The notes under the pieces were generated by a model. It saw only the letters and a program-made list of their open reading frames with translations. It was not told where the DNA came from and did no database searches. Made by a program: the position numbers and the translations under genes. This document shows positions 8,812 to 19,240 of a stretch of DNA of 64,000 bases, piece by piece; positions within the stretch are counted from its first letter, which is position 1; each line of letters begins with the position of its first letter. This DNA is from an uncultured Planctomycetota bacterium (GTDB lineage: Bacteria; Planctomycetota; PLA2; JAEUHO01), in contig CAVVXN010000001.1 of the NCBI GenBank assembly GCA_963752285.1, positions 768,001 through 832,000 of the forward strand, written 5' to 3'.

Positions 8812-10206
8812 CTACTTCCCCGTGTCGTCCGGCGTGTGGGGCGGAGGCGGGGGCGCGTCCGGCGCGGGCGGGGCCGGCGGCTGATCCTGTCGGTCGAGGA
8901 ACCCATCACTGTTCGTGTCGAGCCGGTCGAACGCCTCGGCCGGGCCCTGGAACTCGCGCCGCGACACGCGACCGTCGCCGTCCACGTCGTCCTGGGTCAG
9001 CACGTCGGCGAACGCGCGGGGCGCGTCGGCCTTCGGCGGGACGCGGTCCGCGTCCGTGAGGACGCCGTCGTGGTTCGTGTCGAGCTCGTCGAAGCGCTCG
9101 TCGCTCCCGGGGAACTCCTCGCGCGTCACCTTGCCGTCCTTGTCGGCGTCGAACCGGCGGAAGGCCTCCTCGGAGAGGCCGGGCCGCGCTCCCCGCTCGC
9201 CGCCGCGCCGGCCACCGCGGAGCTCGGCCGCGGCTCGGAGGAACTCCTCCTTCGAGACGAGGCCGTCGTTGTCTCGGTCGAGACGGCGCAGGACCTCGGG
9301 ACGCTTCAGCTCGGTGGCGTCGAGCGACCCGTCGTGGTTCACGTCGAGCTCCTGGAACCGGGCCTCGGGATCACCGCGGCCCCGCTCGCCGCGCGGCCCG
9401 CCCTCCGGCGGGGCGTCCGCCGGGTCGAGGAAGCCGTCGCCGTTCCGGTCGAGCCGCTCGAACGGGATCCGGCCCGTGTACTCCTCCTTGGAGACGCGGC
9501 CGTCGCCGTCCTTGTCCATCGCATGGAGCTGCTCGCGCATGCGCTCGCGCATCCGGGCGCCCGGCCCGCCGTCGCGACCGGCTGCGCCCCGGTTGTCCGG
9601 ACCCCGCTCGCCGTCGGGTCCCAGGAGGTCCTTCTCGTCGAGGACGCCGTCGTGGTTTCGGTCCAGGCGCTGGAACGCCTCGTCGGGACCGGGGAACTCC
9701 TCTCGCGAGACCTTGCCGTCGCCGTTCACGTCGAGGGCGTGCAGGCGCTCGAGTCGGGGGTCCGGGCCCCGGCCCTCGGGCAGCCGCGGGCCGTTCGGTC
9801 CACCCGGACCCGTCGTCCCGTCGGGTCCCCTCGGCCCGTCGGGACCCGGGGCCCCGTTCGGTCGCGGCAGAGCGCCCGGGCCCGGCATGCCCTCGGGCCG
9901 TCCCGGGCCCGCGTCCCGCCCGCCTTCGGGGGGGCGGCGCGGGTGGAAGCCGGCGGGCGGACCGAGGTCTTCCGGCGTCACCACGCCGTCGCCGTTCTTG
10001 TCGAGCACGCGGAAGATCTCGGGATCGACGCCCAGCTCCTCGGGCGTCACCTTTCCGTCGTGGTCCTTGTCGTAGGCCTCGAAGAACCGAGAGGTCGTGG
10101 GCGGGTCGTCGGCCCGGGCGCGTCGCGGGAGGGCGAGGCAGAGGAGGGCGGCGGCCGGCAGGGCGAGGCAGAGCGAACGGACGAGACGAACGGGCGGGCG
10201 GTCCAT
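8812..10206 (-). CDS. Exported protein with 12 EF-hand-like loops
   Basis: Signal peptide, then six pairs of DxDxDG/DxNxDG loops (DKDHDGKVTPEE to DTNSDGFLDRQD); alternative start at 10230. Confidence 0.85.
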   Translation of the reverse strand: MDRPPVRLVRSLCLALPAAALLCLALPRRARADDPPTTSRFFEAYDKDHDGKVTPEELGVDPEIFRVLDKNGDGVVTPEDLGPPAGFHPRRPPEGGRDAGPGRPEGMPGPGALPRPNGAPGPDGPRGPDGTTGPGGPNGPRLPEGRGPDPRLERLHALDVNGDGKVSREEFPGPDEAFQRLDRNHDGVLDEKDLLGPDGERGPDNRGAAGRDGGPGARMRERMREQLHAMDKDGDGRVSKEEYTGRIPFERLDRNGDGFLDPADAPPEGGPRGERGRGDPEARFQELDVNHDGSLDATELKRPEVLRRLDRDNDGLVSKEEFLRAAAELRGGRRGGERGARPGLSEEAFRRFDADKDGKVTREEFPGSDERFDELDTNHDGVLTDADRVPPKADAPRAFADVLTQDDVDGDGRVSRREFQGPAEAFDRLDTNSDGFLDRQDQPPAPPAPDAPPPPPHTPDDTGK

Positions 10207-10281
10207 GGAGTCCTCCACAGGGGCGTTCATCTGAAACCCGCCTCGGGGGGAGGAGGGTTCGCCCGACGGGCGGCGGCCGGG

Positions 10282-11649
10282 CTACCGGGGCCGGAGCCGC
10301 ACCCGGTCGAGGAGGGGCCCCCCCGGGGGGAGCGTCAGGCGGAAGGTGTGGTCCCCCTCGGTCAGCTCGAGGACGGGCCCCTCGGAGAGGTCGCTCTCGT
10401 AGACCGTGTACTGGGCCGTCGCGCGGAGGCGGACGACCACGACGCGCCCGTGCGAGAGGACGCCGAACGGCCCGAGGCCGAGCGCGCGGTCCACGTGGAG
10501 GTGGGCGAGGGGGCGCCCGTCGAGCCGCCCGATCGCGAGGCCGTCGAGGAGGTCCACCGCGAGCACGTGGTCGCCGGCCCCCGCGCGCGGCTCGAGGGTG
10601 GCGGTCTCGAGCACCCGCTGCCGCCCGCCCTCGAGGAGCCCCATCGCGAGACGGCGCCCCCCGTCTACGAGCGCGACGAACGGCGCGTTCGCCTCGTCCT
10701 CCGCGTCGAAGAGGAGGAGCACGTCGTCGAGTCCCTCCTCCTCCGAGGGCAGGGCGATCTCCGCTTCGAGCCGGCGGTGCTCGACCTCCACCGGCACGAC
10801 GAACGCCGCCGGCGCGTCCGGCCTGCCGTCGAGACGCGCGTGTCCGCCCTCGAAGCGGACGTCACCGCGCGAAGCGGTGACCGGAGCGCCCGCGTCGAGG
10901 AGCTCCGACGGCCCGGCCTCGCCGAACGTCGCCGACGTACACACGACCGCACCGCGCGCGTGTCCGTCCAGGACCACGCGGATCTCGCCAGGGCCTCGGG
11001 CCGTGCACAGGAGCTCGTACGGGCCCGCGCCCGGCACGTGGACGCGGAAGGTGACGACGCCGCCCTCGGGGCCCGGCGACACCGCGCGGCCCCCGGACGC
11101 CGCGGCGTCCTCGATCGGCGCCACGCCGCCGCCCAGGGCGAGGTCCTCGGCCTCGAGGAGGAGTCCGTCCGGCCCGACCGACGGGAGACCCGCGTGCGGC
11201 GCCGCGGGCGCCGCCGCGGCGTCGGTCCTCGCGCCGTCGATGAAGTCCACGAGCGTCCGGTACTCGAGGCTCCCGTACCGGACCCGCGAGCCGCCTTGGT
11301 GCTCGACGCCTCCCTCCTTCGGTCCGAGGGCCTTCAGGAGGAGGGGAGAACGGGACGGGTCGCCGGGGTCCACGAAGCCCGAAACGACCGCGAAGTTCTT
11401 CTCGTGGTCGCGCGAGGACGGCGTGCGCGGAGGTCGCGGGCGAAGACGAAAGCGCCCCACCTTCCGTCTCGGGTCCGCGTGGCACTCGGCGCACGCGCTC
11501 GTGAGGATCGGGGCGACGCGGGTGGTGTAGTAGGCCAGGTCGAGCGTCGGCTTGTCGTCGCCACGCGAGACCCCCGTGGCGAGCGCGAGCGCGCCAGCGA
11601 CGAGCACCGCCGCCAGGGCGGCGCGGGACGAGGGCGGCACGGGACGCAT
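10282..11649 (-). CDS. Exported c-type cytochrome-domain protein with carbohydrate-binding-like C-terminal domains
   Basis: Signal peptide; VAPILTSACAECH heme motif; SPLLLKALG..HQGG; LLLEAED..AASGG CBM6/35-like start. Confidence 0.7.
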   Translation of the reverse strand: MRPVPPSSRAALAAVLVAGALALATGVSRGDDKPTLDLAYYTTRVAPILTSACAECHADPRRKVGRFRLRPRPPRTPSSRDHEKNFAVVSGFVDPGDPSRSPLLLKALGPKEGGVEHQGGSRVRYGSLEYRTLVDFIDGARTDAAAAPAAPHAGLPSVGPDGLLLEAEDLALGGGVAPIEDAAASGGRAVSPGPEGGVVTFRVHVPGAGPYELLCTARGPGEIRVVLDGHARGAVVCTSATFGEAGPSELLDAGAPVTASRGDVRFEGGHARLDGRPDAPAAFVVPVEVEHRRLEAEIALPSEEEGLDDVLLLFDAEDEANAPFVALVDGGRRLAMGLLEGGRQRVLETATLEPRAGAGDHVLAVDLLDGLAIGRLDGRPLAHLHVDRALGLGPFGVLSHGRVVVVRLRATAQYTVYESDLSEGPVLELTEGDHTFRLTLPPGGPLLDRVRLRPR

Positions 11650-11784
11650 CCCGCCCATTCCAACCGCCGCCGGCGGGCTCTGCGGGCCCGTCGGCCTCTC
11701 GCGGCTTGACGGGGCTCGTCCGTCCCGGAAGGATGGCGGTCCGGCCGTGCGCCCGAAAGGCGCGCCGGAGGGAGGTTTCTTCAC

Positions 11785-12147
11785 ATGATGCTGCCGATGG
11801 CGTTCGTCTTCGAGCCGTTCCTGCTGTTCCTGGTCTGGGGCGTGCTGCTCCTCTTCAACCTCTGGCTGTGGCAGAAGACGAAGGGGCAGGGCAACCTCGT
11901 GATGATGGTCGGGGCGGGCGTGCTGGCGCTGGCGGCCCTCCTGTTCGCTTTCGAGAGCGTCAGCCGATTCGTCTGGTTCTGGCTCCCGTTCATCGGGGCC
12001 GTGATCCTCGTCATCGGCTTCTACCTGACCTCCAAGACGATCGTGGACGCGCACCTCACGGGCCTCAAGACGAAGCTCCACGACATCACCGCCGAGAAGA
12101 AGGCGCCGCCGTCCTCCGGTCCGACGCCGCCGCCGGCCGGCGGGTAG
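11785..12147 (+). CDS. Small membrane protein (about 3 TM helices)
   Basis: Three hydrophobic stretches; GGAGG upstream; host-like codon usage. Confidence 0.7.
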   Translation: MMLPMAFVFEPFLLFLVWGVLLLFNLWLWQKTKGQGNLVMMVGAGVLALAALLFAFESVSRFVWFWLPFIGAVILVIGFYLTSKTIVDAHLTGLKTKLHDITAEKKAPPSSGPTPPPAGG

Positions 12148-12160
12148 GCGACCGGGTCCG

Positions 12161-12928
12161 TTGCTGGACGCCGCGGAGATCGAACGCGCCACCGGCTGGC
12201 GCGTTCTCCATCTCCCCTCCGCCGACTCCACGAACGACGAGGCCGGGCGTCTCCGCGACGCGGGCGGTGGACCTCGTGTCGTCGTCGTCGCGGACGAGCA
12301 GCACCGGGGCCGCGGGCGCGCGGGCCACGTGTTCTCGTCGCCGCGCGGGGGACTCTACGCGTCGCTGCTCGTCGCGGTCGCGCCCGACGACCTCCCGGGT
12401 CCGCTCGGCGCGGCGATCGCCCTCGCCACCGCCGAGGCCATCGACGAGGTGGCCGAGGTCCACACGGGCATCAAGTGGCCGAACGACCTCTTCGTCGCGG
12501 AGCGGAAGGTCGGCGGGATCCTGCTCTCGGCTTCCGGTCCCGAGGTGTGCGTGGTCGTCGGGATCGGAGTGAACGTCGCCGCGGTCCCGACGGACCTGCC
12601 GTCGGAGGTCCGCGCGCGGACCACCGCCCTCGGAGAGGCGGCGCGACGGGCGGTCACCCGCTCGGCGCTCCTGGGAGCGCTCCTCCCGCACGTGGACGAG
12701 CGGACCGCGGACCTCGGCTTTCCGGCCCGGCGAGAGGCGCTCGCGCGTGCATGGCACGACCGGCTCGTGCACCTCGGACGCCGCGTCGAGTTCGAGCTCC
12801 GGGGACGGCGGCGGCGCGGGGTCCTCGTGGACGCCTCCCTCGAGGAGGGCCTGGTGCTCGACGACGACACGGAGGGCCGGATCCGGCCGCGTGGCGAGCA
12901 CGTCCGCGAGATCCGCCTTCTCGACTGA
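12161..12928 (+). CDS. birA: Biotin-[acetyl-CoA carboxylase] ligase, no N-terminal HTH
   Basis: DSTNDEA, QHRGRGRAG, IKWPNDL, RKVGGIL, VGIGVNV. Confidence 0.9.
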   Translation: MLDAAEIERATGWRVLHLPSADSTNDEAGRLRDAGGGPRVVVVADEQHRGRGRAGHVFSSPRGGLYASLLVAVAPDDLPGPLGAAIALATAEAIDEVAEVHTGIKWPNDLFVAERKVGGILLSASGPEVCVVVGIGVNVAAVPTDLPSEVRARTTALGEAARRAVTRSALLGALLPHVDERTADLGFPARREALARAWHDRLVHLGRRVEFELRGRRRRGVLVDASLEEGLVLDDDTEGRIRPRGEHVREIRLLD

Positions 12929-13073
12929 CCGAGGCCCGCCTCGCGGGACCGCCTCCCGGCCCGGCTCGGGGCCCGCCGCCCGCGCGTGCTACCTTCGCCC
13001 CCCGGGCCCGCCCGGGCCCCCGAGGAGCACCCGACCGGCGACCGCGCCCCCCGAAGGCCGGATCTCGAGCGAC

Positions 13074-15179
13074 ATGATCGACCCCCAGGCCCCCACCTCC
13101 CGGGGATCGAAGACCGCGGCGGTCGTCATCTTCGTCGTGTTCCTCCAGGTGCTCCTGGTCGCGGTCCTCGGTCTCTCGGGCATGGCCAGCAACCGCAAGG
13201 AGGCGCGCCGGCGGGCGGAGGAGAAGGGGCAGGCCGACGCGATCGGGGCGCTCGGGAAGGTCGTCCAGACCGCGGCCGACACCGTCAAGGGCACCCTGGA
13301 GGACGTCCGTGTCCGCGTCCGGTCGTATCGCGACCTCCAGTGGCTCCGCTCCAGTGGGCACGGCGACCACGCGGACCTCGTCCAGACGATCTATCACGTC
13401 GATCCGGACAGCGGCGAGATCCTCTGGCTCGACGGCGTGCACCGTCTCTACGTCCCACCGCGGGGGCGCGAGGCCGAGATCAAGGCGAACGCCACACCCG
13501 AGATGGACGCGGTCTACGAGCACTACCGCCGGGGCGTGGACAGCGACGTCCTGGACGACCTGCCGCGCCTGCAGAACGCGCTCCAGATCCTCCGGCACTT
13601 CCCGTATCGCCAGGACCGGGACGGGTATCCGCTGGCCCTCGGCGAGGCCAAGCGGCTCGTGCCCTGGGCGCGGTCCGTCGCGGACTGGCGGGCCGACATG
13701 GCGGACGGCCCCGAGGCGTTCGCCACGCTCGAGAACGTCTTGCTGGCCGCGCTCGAGGTCGTCACGCTGAACCGGGATCGCGTCGCGGACCTCCCGTGGG
13801 CGGACCGCGCGCTCCTCGACGCGACCCGAGAGGAGGTCCAGGCCGCCTCGACGGGGCTCCCCTCCGACCAGGTCGCGGTCCGGAGCGACGTCGAGGCGTA
13901 CGACGACGCGCGCCGCGCGCTCGACGGCGGCATGCGCGACGTGATCGGCCTCGCGCTGGGCGCCCTCGGGGGTGAGCCCCGCGTCGCGCGCTACGACCGG
14001 TTCCTCGTCGGCCTCGTGCCGGACGTGCCGCTGCCGATCGCGCCCTCCCAGGGCTCGATGGTCCGCCACCACGGCGTCGTCGTCCTGAACGAGCGAGCCG
14101 TGCTGGACCTGCTGGAGGAGGCGGGGCGCTCGAGCGAGCTCTCGAGGCAGGGTCTGCTCCTGCGGGTGTCGCCGGTCGGGGAACCCGCGCCGACCGACTA
14201 CGCCGCGGCGAGGGAGCTCGGCCCCGAGCCCTGGCTGCACATTCCCTTCCGCGCCACCCTGCTCCGGGTCCACCCGTACGCCCTGCCCTCCGAGGGTCCC
14301 GGCGAGCCGTTCTACTGGGTGATCATCCTCCTCGCGACGGGCGGCCTCGCGATGGGCGCGTACGTGCTGAGCCGTCTCTACACGCGCGAGGTGAGGCTGG
14401 CGCGGCTCAAGGCCGACTTCGTGAGCAGCCTGTCGCACGAGCTCAAGACGCCGCTCACGAGCATCATGATGTTCACGGAGATGCTCCAAGACGGCCAACT
14501 CACGACCGAGGCCGATCGTACGGAGGGGTTGGCGGTGCTGGCGCAGGAGACGCAGCGGTTGCAGGGGATCGTCGCGCGAATGCTCGACGTCGCGCGCCGG
14601 GAGGCGCGAGGGACGCCGTACGACCTGGTCGTGGGCGACCTGAACGAGGTCGTGTCGAAGGCCGTCGAACGGTTCCGGCGCATCGTCACGGAACCCGGGC
14701 TGGACCTGGGCACGGCGCTCGCGCCCGGTCCGCTCGAGGTCGCCATGGACGCCGCGGCGACGGACGACGTCGTCACGAACCTGCTCACGAACGCGTGGAA
14801 GTACCGGCGGGGCGAGGCGGCGCGGATCCGCGTGGCCACCGCGAGGGTGGGCCGTCGCGCCGAGCTCGTGGTGTCGGACGACGGGTTGGGGATCGCGCGC
14901 CGCGACCGCCGGCGCGTGTTCGAGGTCTTCTACCGCGCCGAGGCGTACCTCACGAAGGTGTCGGGAACGGGCCTCGGGCTCGCGCTGGTCCGGACCATCG
15001 TGCGGGCCCACCGCGGCTCGATCCGGATCGAGACCGGCGACGAGGGTGTCGGGACCCGGTTCCGGATCCGATTCCCGCTCGCAGCGTCGGGTCGTCGTTC
15101 GACCTCCGCCTCGCTTCCCGTAGGATCAGACCCGCGCCCGGAGGCGGCGTCGCGCTCGGAGGCAAACGCCACGCCATGA
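13074..15179 (+). CDS. Membrane sensor histidine kinase
   Basis: Two TM segments flanking a large extracytoplasmic domain; LSHELKTPLTSI, NLLTNAWKY, DDGLGI, GTGLGL. Confidence 0.9.
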   Translation: MIDPQAPTSRGSKTAAVVIFVVFLQVLLVAVLGLSGMASNRKEARRRAEEKGQADAIGALGKVVQTAADTVKGTLEDVRVRVRSYRDLQWLRSSGHGDHADLVQTIYHVDPDSGEILWLDGVHRLYVPPRGREAEIKANATPEMDAVYEHYRRGVDSDVLDDLPRLQNALQILRHFPYRQDRDGYPLALGEAKRLVPWARSVADWRADMADGPEAFATLENVLLAALEVVTLNRDRVADLPWADRALLDATREEVQAASTGLPSDQVAVRSDVEAYDDARRALDGGMRDVIGLALGALGGEPRVARYDRFLVGLVPDVPLPIAPSQGSMVRHHGVVVLNERAVLDLLEEAGRSSELSRQGLLLRVSPVGEPAPTDYAAARELGPEPWLHIPFRATLLRVHPYALPSEGPGEPFYWVIILLATGGLAMGAYVLSRLYTREVRLARLKADFVSSLSHELKTPLTSIMMFTEMLQDGQLTTEADRTEGLAVLAQETQRLQGIVARMLDVARREARGTPYDLVVGDLNEVVSKAVERFRRIVTEPGLDLGTALAPGPLEVAMDAAATDDVVTNLLTNAWKYRRGEAARIRVATARVGRRAELVVSDDGLGIARRDRRRVFEVFYRAEAYLTKVSGTGLGLALVRTIVRAHRGSIRIETGDEGVGTRFRIRFPLAASGRRSTSASLPVGSDPRPEAASRSEANATP

Positions 15180-15868
15180 GCTCCCGCATCCTGATCGTCG
15201 AGGACGACGCCGCCATCCGTCTGGGACTGAAGCGGAGCCTCGAGTTCGAGGGATTCCACGTCGAGCTGGCCCGGGACGGCGAGGAAGCGATCCAGCGCGC
15301 GTTCGACAAGAAGCCCGACCTCATCGTGCTCGACCTGATGCTCCCCAAGGTCAACGGCTTCGAGGTCTGCCGCACGGTGCGGAAGTACGACAGCACGATC
15401 CCGATCGTGATCCTGTCGGCGAAGGGCGACGAGGGCGACAAGGTGCTCGGGCTGGAGCTCGGCGCCGACGACTACGTCACGAAGCCCTTCTCGATCCGCG
15501 AGCTGACGGCGCGCATCAAGACGGCGCTGCGGCGCCGCAAGGCGATGGAAGGCGAGATCGAGACCTTCGAGGAGGGAGACCTCCACATCGACTTCAGCGG
15601 CCAGACCCTCACCGTGCGCGGCGAGGGCCGGGAGCTCTCGACGCGCGAGTTCAACCTCCTCCGGCACCTGATCCAGAACCGTGGCCGCGTTCTTTCACGC
15701 GACCAGATCCTGAACAAGGTCTGGGGCTACGACTACGACGGCACGCCACGCACGATCGACAACTTCATCAACAAGCTGCGCCAGAAGATCGAGGACGACG
15801 CGACGAACCCCTTCTGGATCCTGACGGTCCGCGGCAGCGGCTACAAGTTCCGCCCCCAAGGCGACTGA
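15176..15868 (+). CDS. OmpR/PhoB-family response regulator
   Basis: MSSRILIVEDD, LDLMLP, GADDYVTKPF, winged helix RTIDNFINKLRQKIE..TVRGSGYKF. Confidence 0.95.
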   Translation: MSSRILIVEDDAAIRLGLKRSLEFEGFHVELARDGEEAIQRAFDKKPDLIVLDLMLPKVNGFEVCRTVRKYDSTIPIVILSAKGDEGDKVLGLELGADDYVTKPFSIRELTARIKTALRRRKAMEGEIETFEEGDLHIDFSGQTLTVRGEGRELSTREFNLLRHLIQNRGRVLSRDQILNKVWGYDYDGTPRTIDNFINKLRQKIEDDATNPFWILTVRGSGYKFRPQGD

Positions 15869-15880
15869 CGCCCGCCTCGT

Positions 15881-16798
15881 CTACGCTCCGGGAACCGGGC
15901 AGAGCGGCTTCCACATCCGCTTCGCGCGCGCTGGCGACCCGTACGCGTCCTCGATCGGGCTCGGGCGCCCGAGGAACCGCTGGACGCGCTCGGAGCAGCA
16001 GGGGAGCGCCGGACGCTCCCTTCCGGTGTAGTTGTCGATCGTCGGCCCCTGACCGCGCGGCGCGGTGAGCACGTGGAACGTCGTGGACGCGTTGGCGACC
16101 TGGACGTAGTCGCTCGGGCCCTGGCGCCTGAGGATCCGCACCACCGCCTCCACGCCGTAGCCCTCCGACGCGGCGCCGACGCAGGGGAACGCCCGGTAGG
16201 GCACGATCAGGGTGGTCGTGAAGATCTGCGCGTCCTTGGTCATCTGGACGAAGCGCGTCCACACGCTCACCTGGCCGGTCCGGTTCGCGTACGGGAGCAG
16301 GATCGACCGAATCGGCTGGTTGCCGGGCGAGGTGTAGAAGTCCACCGCCGCGCCGACGAGCTGGTCGCGGAGGCCCACCACCGCGAGGTCCACGTCGAGG
16401 CGGAGCGCCTTCGTCCCGCGGTGGTTCCGCCACGTGACGTTGTGGGTCTTCCGGATGTCGAGGACGCGTGTCTCGGTCGGGACCTGGGCGTAGACCGGCG
16501 CGGGCGGCGGCGCGGGCTCGACGTCCTCGGCGGGCGTCGCGCGGACCGGGAGCGGCATCGGGCCCTCGTCCGCACCCTCGGGGTCGGGGACGGCGACGGG
16601 CTCGCCCGGCAGGGGGGGCTCGTCGGGAGGCGTCTCGGCCGGCGCCGGCGCCGGCGGCGCCACGTCGGGCGGCAGCGGGGCCGTGGCGGCCCCGCCCGCG
16701 GGCGGCTCGTCCGCCCGGGCGGCCGGAGAGAGGGCCAGGAAGGTCAGGGCGGCGACGAGAACCGTGCCCATCGCGAGGACCAGGGGCCGGGAGCGCAT
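15881..16798 (-). CDS. Exported hypothetical protein, Pro-rich linker plus beta-rich domain
   Basis: Signal peptide MRSRPLVLAMG..ARA; GAGGAGG SD upstream. Confidence 0.65.
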   Translation of the reverse strand: MRSRPLVLAMGTVLVAALTFLALSPAARADEPPAGGAATAPLPPDVAPPAPAPAETPPDEPPLPGEPVAVPDPEGADEGPMPLPVRATPAEDVEPAPPPAPVYAQVPTETRVLDIRKTHNVTWRNHRGTKALRLDVDLAVVGLRDQLVGAAVDFYTSPGNQPIRSILLPYANRTGQVSVWTRFVQMTKDAQIFTTTLIVPYRAFPCVGAASEGYGVEAVVRILRRQGPSDYVQVANASTTFHVLTAPRGQGPTIDNYTGRERPALPCCSERVQRFLGRPSPIEDAYGSPARAKRMWKPLCPVPGA

Positions 16799-16800
16799 GT

Positions 16801-17199
16801 TCACCTCCTCGCCGTATAGACGACGATCACCGCCATCAGCAGGTGCACGAGCACCACGCACCCGACGCCGAACGTTTCGAGCGCCCAGCCGAGGGCCTGG
16901 TGGCCGGGCTCGGCCTCGAGCCGCGCGAGCGTCTTCTCCTTGACGGGGTACCACCAGAAGAGGAAGAACCACGAGGCGAGGGAGAGGACCGCCAGCACCC
17001 CCGCCTGCGTGAGCTCCATCTTGCCGGCGAGGGCGAGCGCGACCAAGCCTCCGTAGCCCATGAAGGCCAGGTAGGCGGCGGACCGGAGCACCCAGGAGTC
17101 CTTGAGCCGCTGGTGCGGGATTTCGAGGATCCGCCGGCCCCGGCCGGGGACGGGGGCGTCCCGGGAGGCGTCGGCGGCGTCGGGCTGGGGGTGGGACAA
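16801..17199 (-). CDS. Small membrane protein
   Basis: Three hydrophobic segments; probable TTG start with GGAG upstream (start uncertain). Confidence 0.55.
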   Translation of the reverse strand: MSHPQPDAADASRDAPVPGRGRRILEIPHQRLKDSWVLRSAAYLAFMGYGGLVALALAGKMELTQAGVLAVLSLASWFFLFWWYPVKEKTLARLEAEPGHQALGWALETFGVGCVVLVHLLMAVIVVYTARR

Positions 17200-17318
17200 G
17201 GGCGCTCCGAGGGGCGGAGCGGCGATGGTACCCGGCCGCGGCAAGCCGGCCGGGACCGGGACCGCCCGGGCCGGGGCGGGGGAGCCCCGGCCCGCGGGCC
17301 GCGTGGACCGGAGCCCGG

Positions 17319-18317
17319 CTACCCCCCGAGAAAGGCCCTCACCGCCTTCGTGAGCATCGGGACGACGACGTGGACGTCGCCCACGATGCCGTAGTCCGCG
17401 ACCTTGAAGATCGGGGCCTCGGGGTCCTTGTTGATCGCGACGATCACCTTGCTGCTGCTCATGCCCGCCAGGTGCTGGATCGCCCCGCTGATGCCCGCGG
17501 CCACGTAGAGCTTCGGCGACACCGTCTTCCCGGTCTGGCCCACCTGCTCCGCGTGGGGCCGCCACCCGGCGTCCACGACGGCGCGCGAGGCGCCCTGCGC
17601 CGCGCCCAGCGCACGGGCGAGGTCGTCGAGCAGCCCCCAGCTCTCGGGACCGCCGAGCCCGCGGCCGCCCGACACGATGCGGTCGGCCTCGGTCAGCTCG
17701 AGCTTCTTCTCCTTCGGCGCTCGGACCTCGCGGAGGCGGACCCGGGGGGCCGGCGCCTCGACGGCGAGGGGCTCGGCGGTCGCCTCTCTCTCCGAGGCCG
17801 TTGCCGGCACCGCGTTGGGGCGCACCGACACGAGGGCGGGCAACGGGAGGCGGAGCGTGGCGAGCGCCTTCCCCGCGTAGCGGGGCTTCGTGACGACCAG
17901 GCGGTCGCCCTCGAGCGCGAGCGCCGTCACGTCCGAGGCGAACGCGAGGCCCCGACGCGCCGCGACCGTCGGTCCGAGCTCCTTGCCCGCGAGCGTCGCG
18001 GCGAGGAGGACGGCGCGCGGCGCCGCCGACGTGATCGCGGCCTCGAGGGCCGCCGCGTGCGGCTCGAGCGCGTAGCGCCCGAACGCCTCGCCCTCGACCC
18101 GGAGGACGCGATCGACGCCGTGGTGTCCGAGGAGCCGGACGTCGGCGTCGCCGAGCGCGCCCGTGGCCACCGCGACGAGCGCGCCGCCGAGGCGGTCCGC
18201 GAGCGCGCGGCCCGCGGTCGCGACCTCCGCGGCCGAGCGCTTGAGCCCGCCCGCCGACCCCGACGCGCCGGCGGACGGGTGCTCGGACTCGACGTAGACC
18301 AGGACGTCGCCGGCCAT
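17319..18317 (-). CDS. etfA: Electron transfer flavoprotein alpha subunit
   Basis: [55 protein letters not shown]. Confidence 0.95.
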   Translation of the reverse strand: MAGDVLVYVESEHPSAGASGSAGGLKRSAAEVATAGRALADRLGGALVAVATGALGDADVRLLGHHGVDRVLRVEGEAFGRYALEPHAAALEAAITSAAPRAVLLAATLAGKELGPTVAARRGLAFASDVTALALEGDRLVVTKPRYAGKALATLRLPLPALVSVRPNAVPATASEREATAEPLAVEAPAPRVRLREVRAPKEKKLELTEADRIVSGGRGLGGPESWGLLDDLARALGAAQGASRAVVDAGWRPHAEQVGQTGKTVSPKLYVAAGISGAIQHLAGMSSSKVIVAINKDPEAPIFKVADYGIVGDVHVVVPMLTKAVRAFLGG

Positions 18318-19066
18318 CAGAGCACCTTCCTCTCCGTACGAAGCGCGTGGAGGAGCACGTCGATGCCCTCGGGCGTCGGGTCGATCATCGTGACGGCGCC
18401 GCGCGGCTCCGGGAGGGCGAGCCCCGTCACCTCGACGTTGGACGCGACCTCGGGGGCGGCGACGGTCTCGAGCGGCTTCTTCTTCGCCGCCATGATCCCC
18501 TTGAGGCCCGGATAGCGGGGCTCGGCGAGGCCCTTCTGCGCCGTCACGACGGCCGGCAGGTCCACGTCGAGCACCTCGACCTCGCCCTCGACCTCGCGAC
18601 GCACCGTCGCGTGGCCGTCCTCCACCTCGAGGTGGCTCGCCGCCGTCACGCACGGCAGGCCGAGCAGCGCGGCGAGCATCGGACCGACGGCCGCGTCGTC
18701 CACGTCGGTCGCCTGACGACCGCAGAGGATCAGGTCGAACGCGCGGTCCTTCACGACCCCGTGGAGCGCCCGGGCGGTGGCCATGGCGTCGAGGCCCGGG
18801 TCGCCCGTCACGTGGACCGCCTGGTCGGCGCCCATGGCGAGGGCGGTCCTGAGCTCCTTGGTCGCCTCGGCGGCGCCCAACGTGACGACGGTGACCGTGC
18901 CCGAGCCCGCGGCCTCCTTCAGCTGGATCGCGCGCTCCACGGCGATCTCGTCGTACGGCGCCGTGATGTACTGGACGCCCGACGGATCGAGACCCTTGCC
19001 GTCGGCCGCGACCTTGACGCGCGTCTCCGTGTCGGGGACGCGCTTCATCAGGACCAGGATGTCCAT
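18317..19066 (-). CDS. etfB: Electron transfer flavoprotein beta subunit
   Basis: MKRVPDTE, PYDEIAVERA, ALAMGAD, GRQATD, EPRYP. Confidence 0.95.
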   Translation of the reverse strand: MDILVLMKRVPDTETRVKVAADGKGLDPSGVQYITAPYDEIAVERAIQLKEAAGSGTVTVVTLGAAEATKELRTALAMGADQAVHVTGDPGLDAMATARALHGVVKDRAFDLILCGRQATDVDDAAVGPMLAALLGLPCVTAASHLEVEDGHATVRREVEGEVEVLDVDLPAVVTAQKGLAEPRYPGLKGIMAAKKKPLETVAAPEVASNVEVTGLALPEPRGAVTMIDPTPEGIDVLLHALRTERKVL

Positions 19067-19240
19067 CGTCCTCCCGTCCGACCGCCGCTCGCCCGCGGTC
19101 CCGGCTCGATCTCGAGCCGCCGAGTCTACGGGCTTCGCGCCGCCGGGCGGAGCGGGGACGTGGGCGCCCGCCCGCGCGGGACCCCCGGTCCGCGGCCGTT
19201 CCGGCGGGGCGGGCCCGGCGGGGACCCGCGCGGTCCACGC

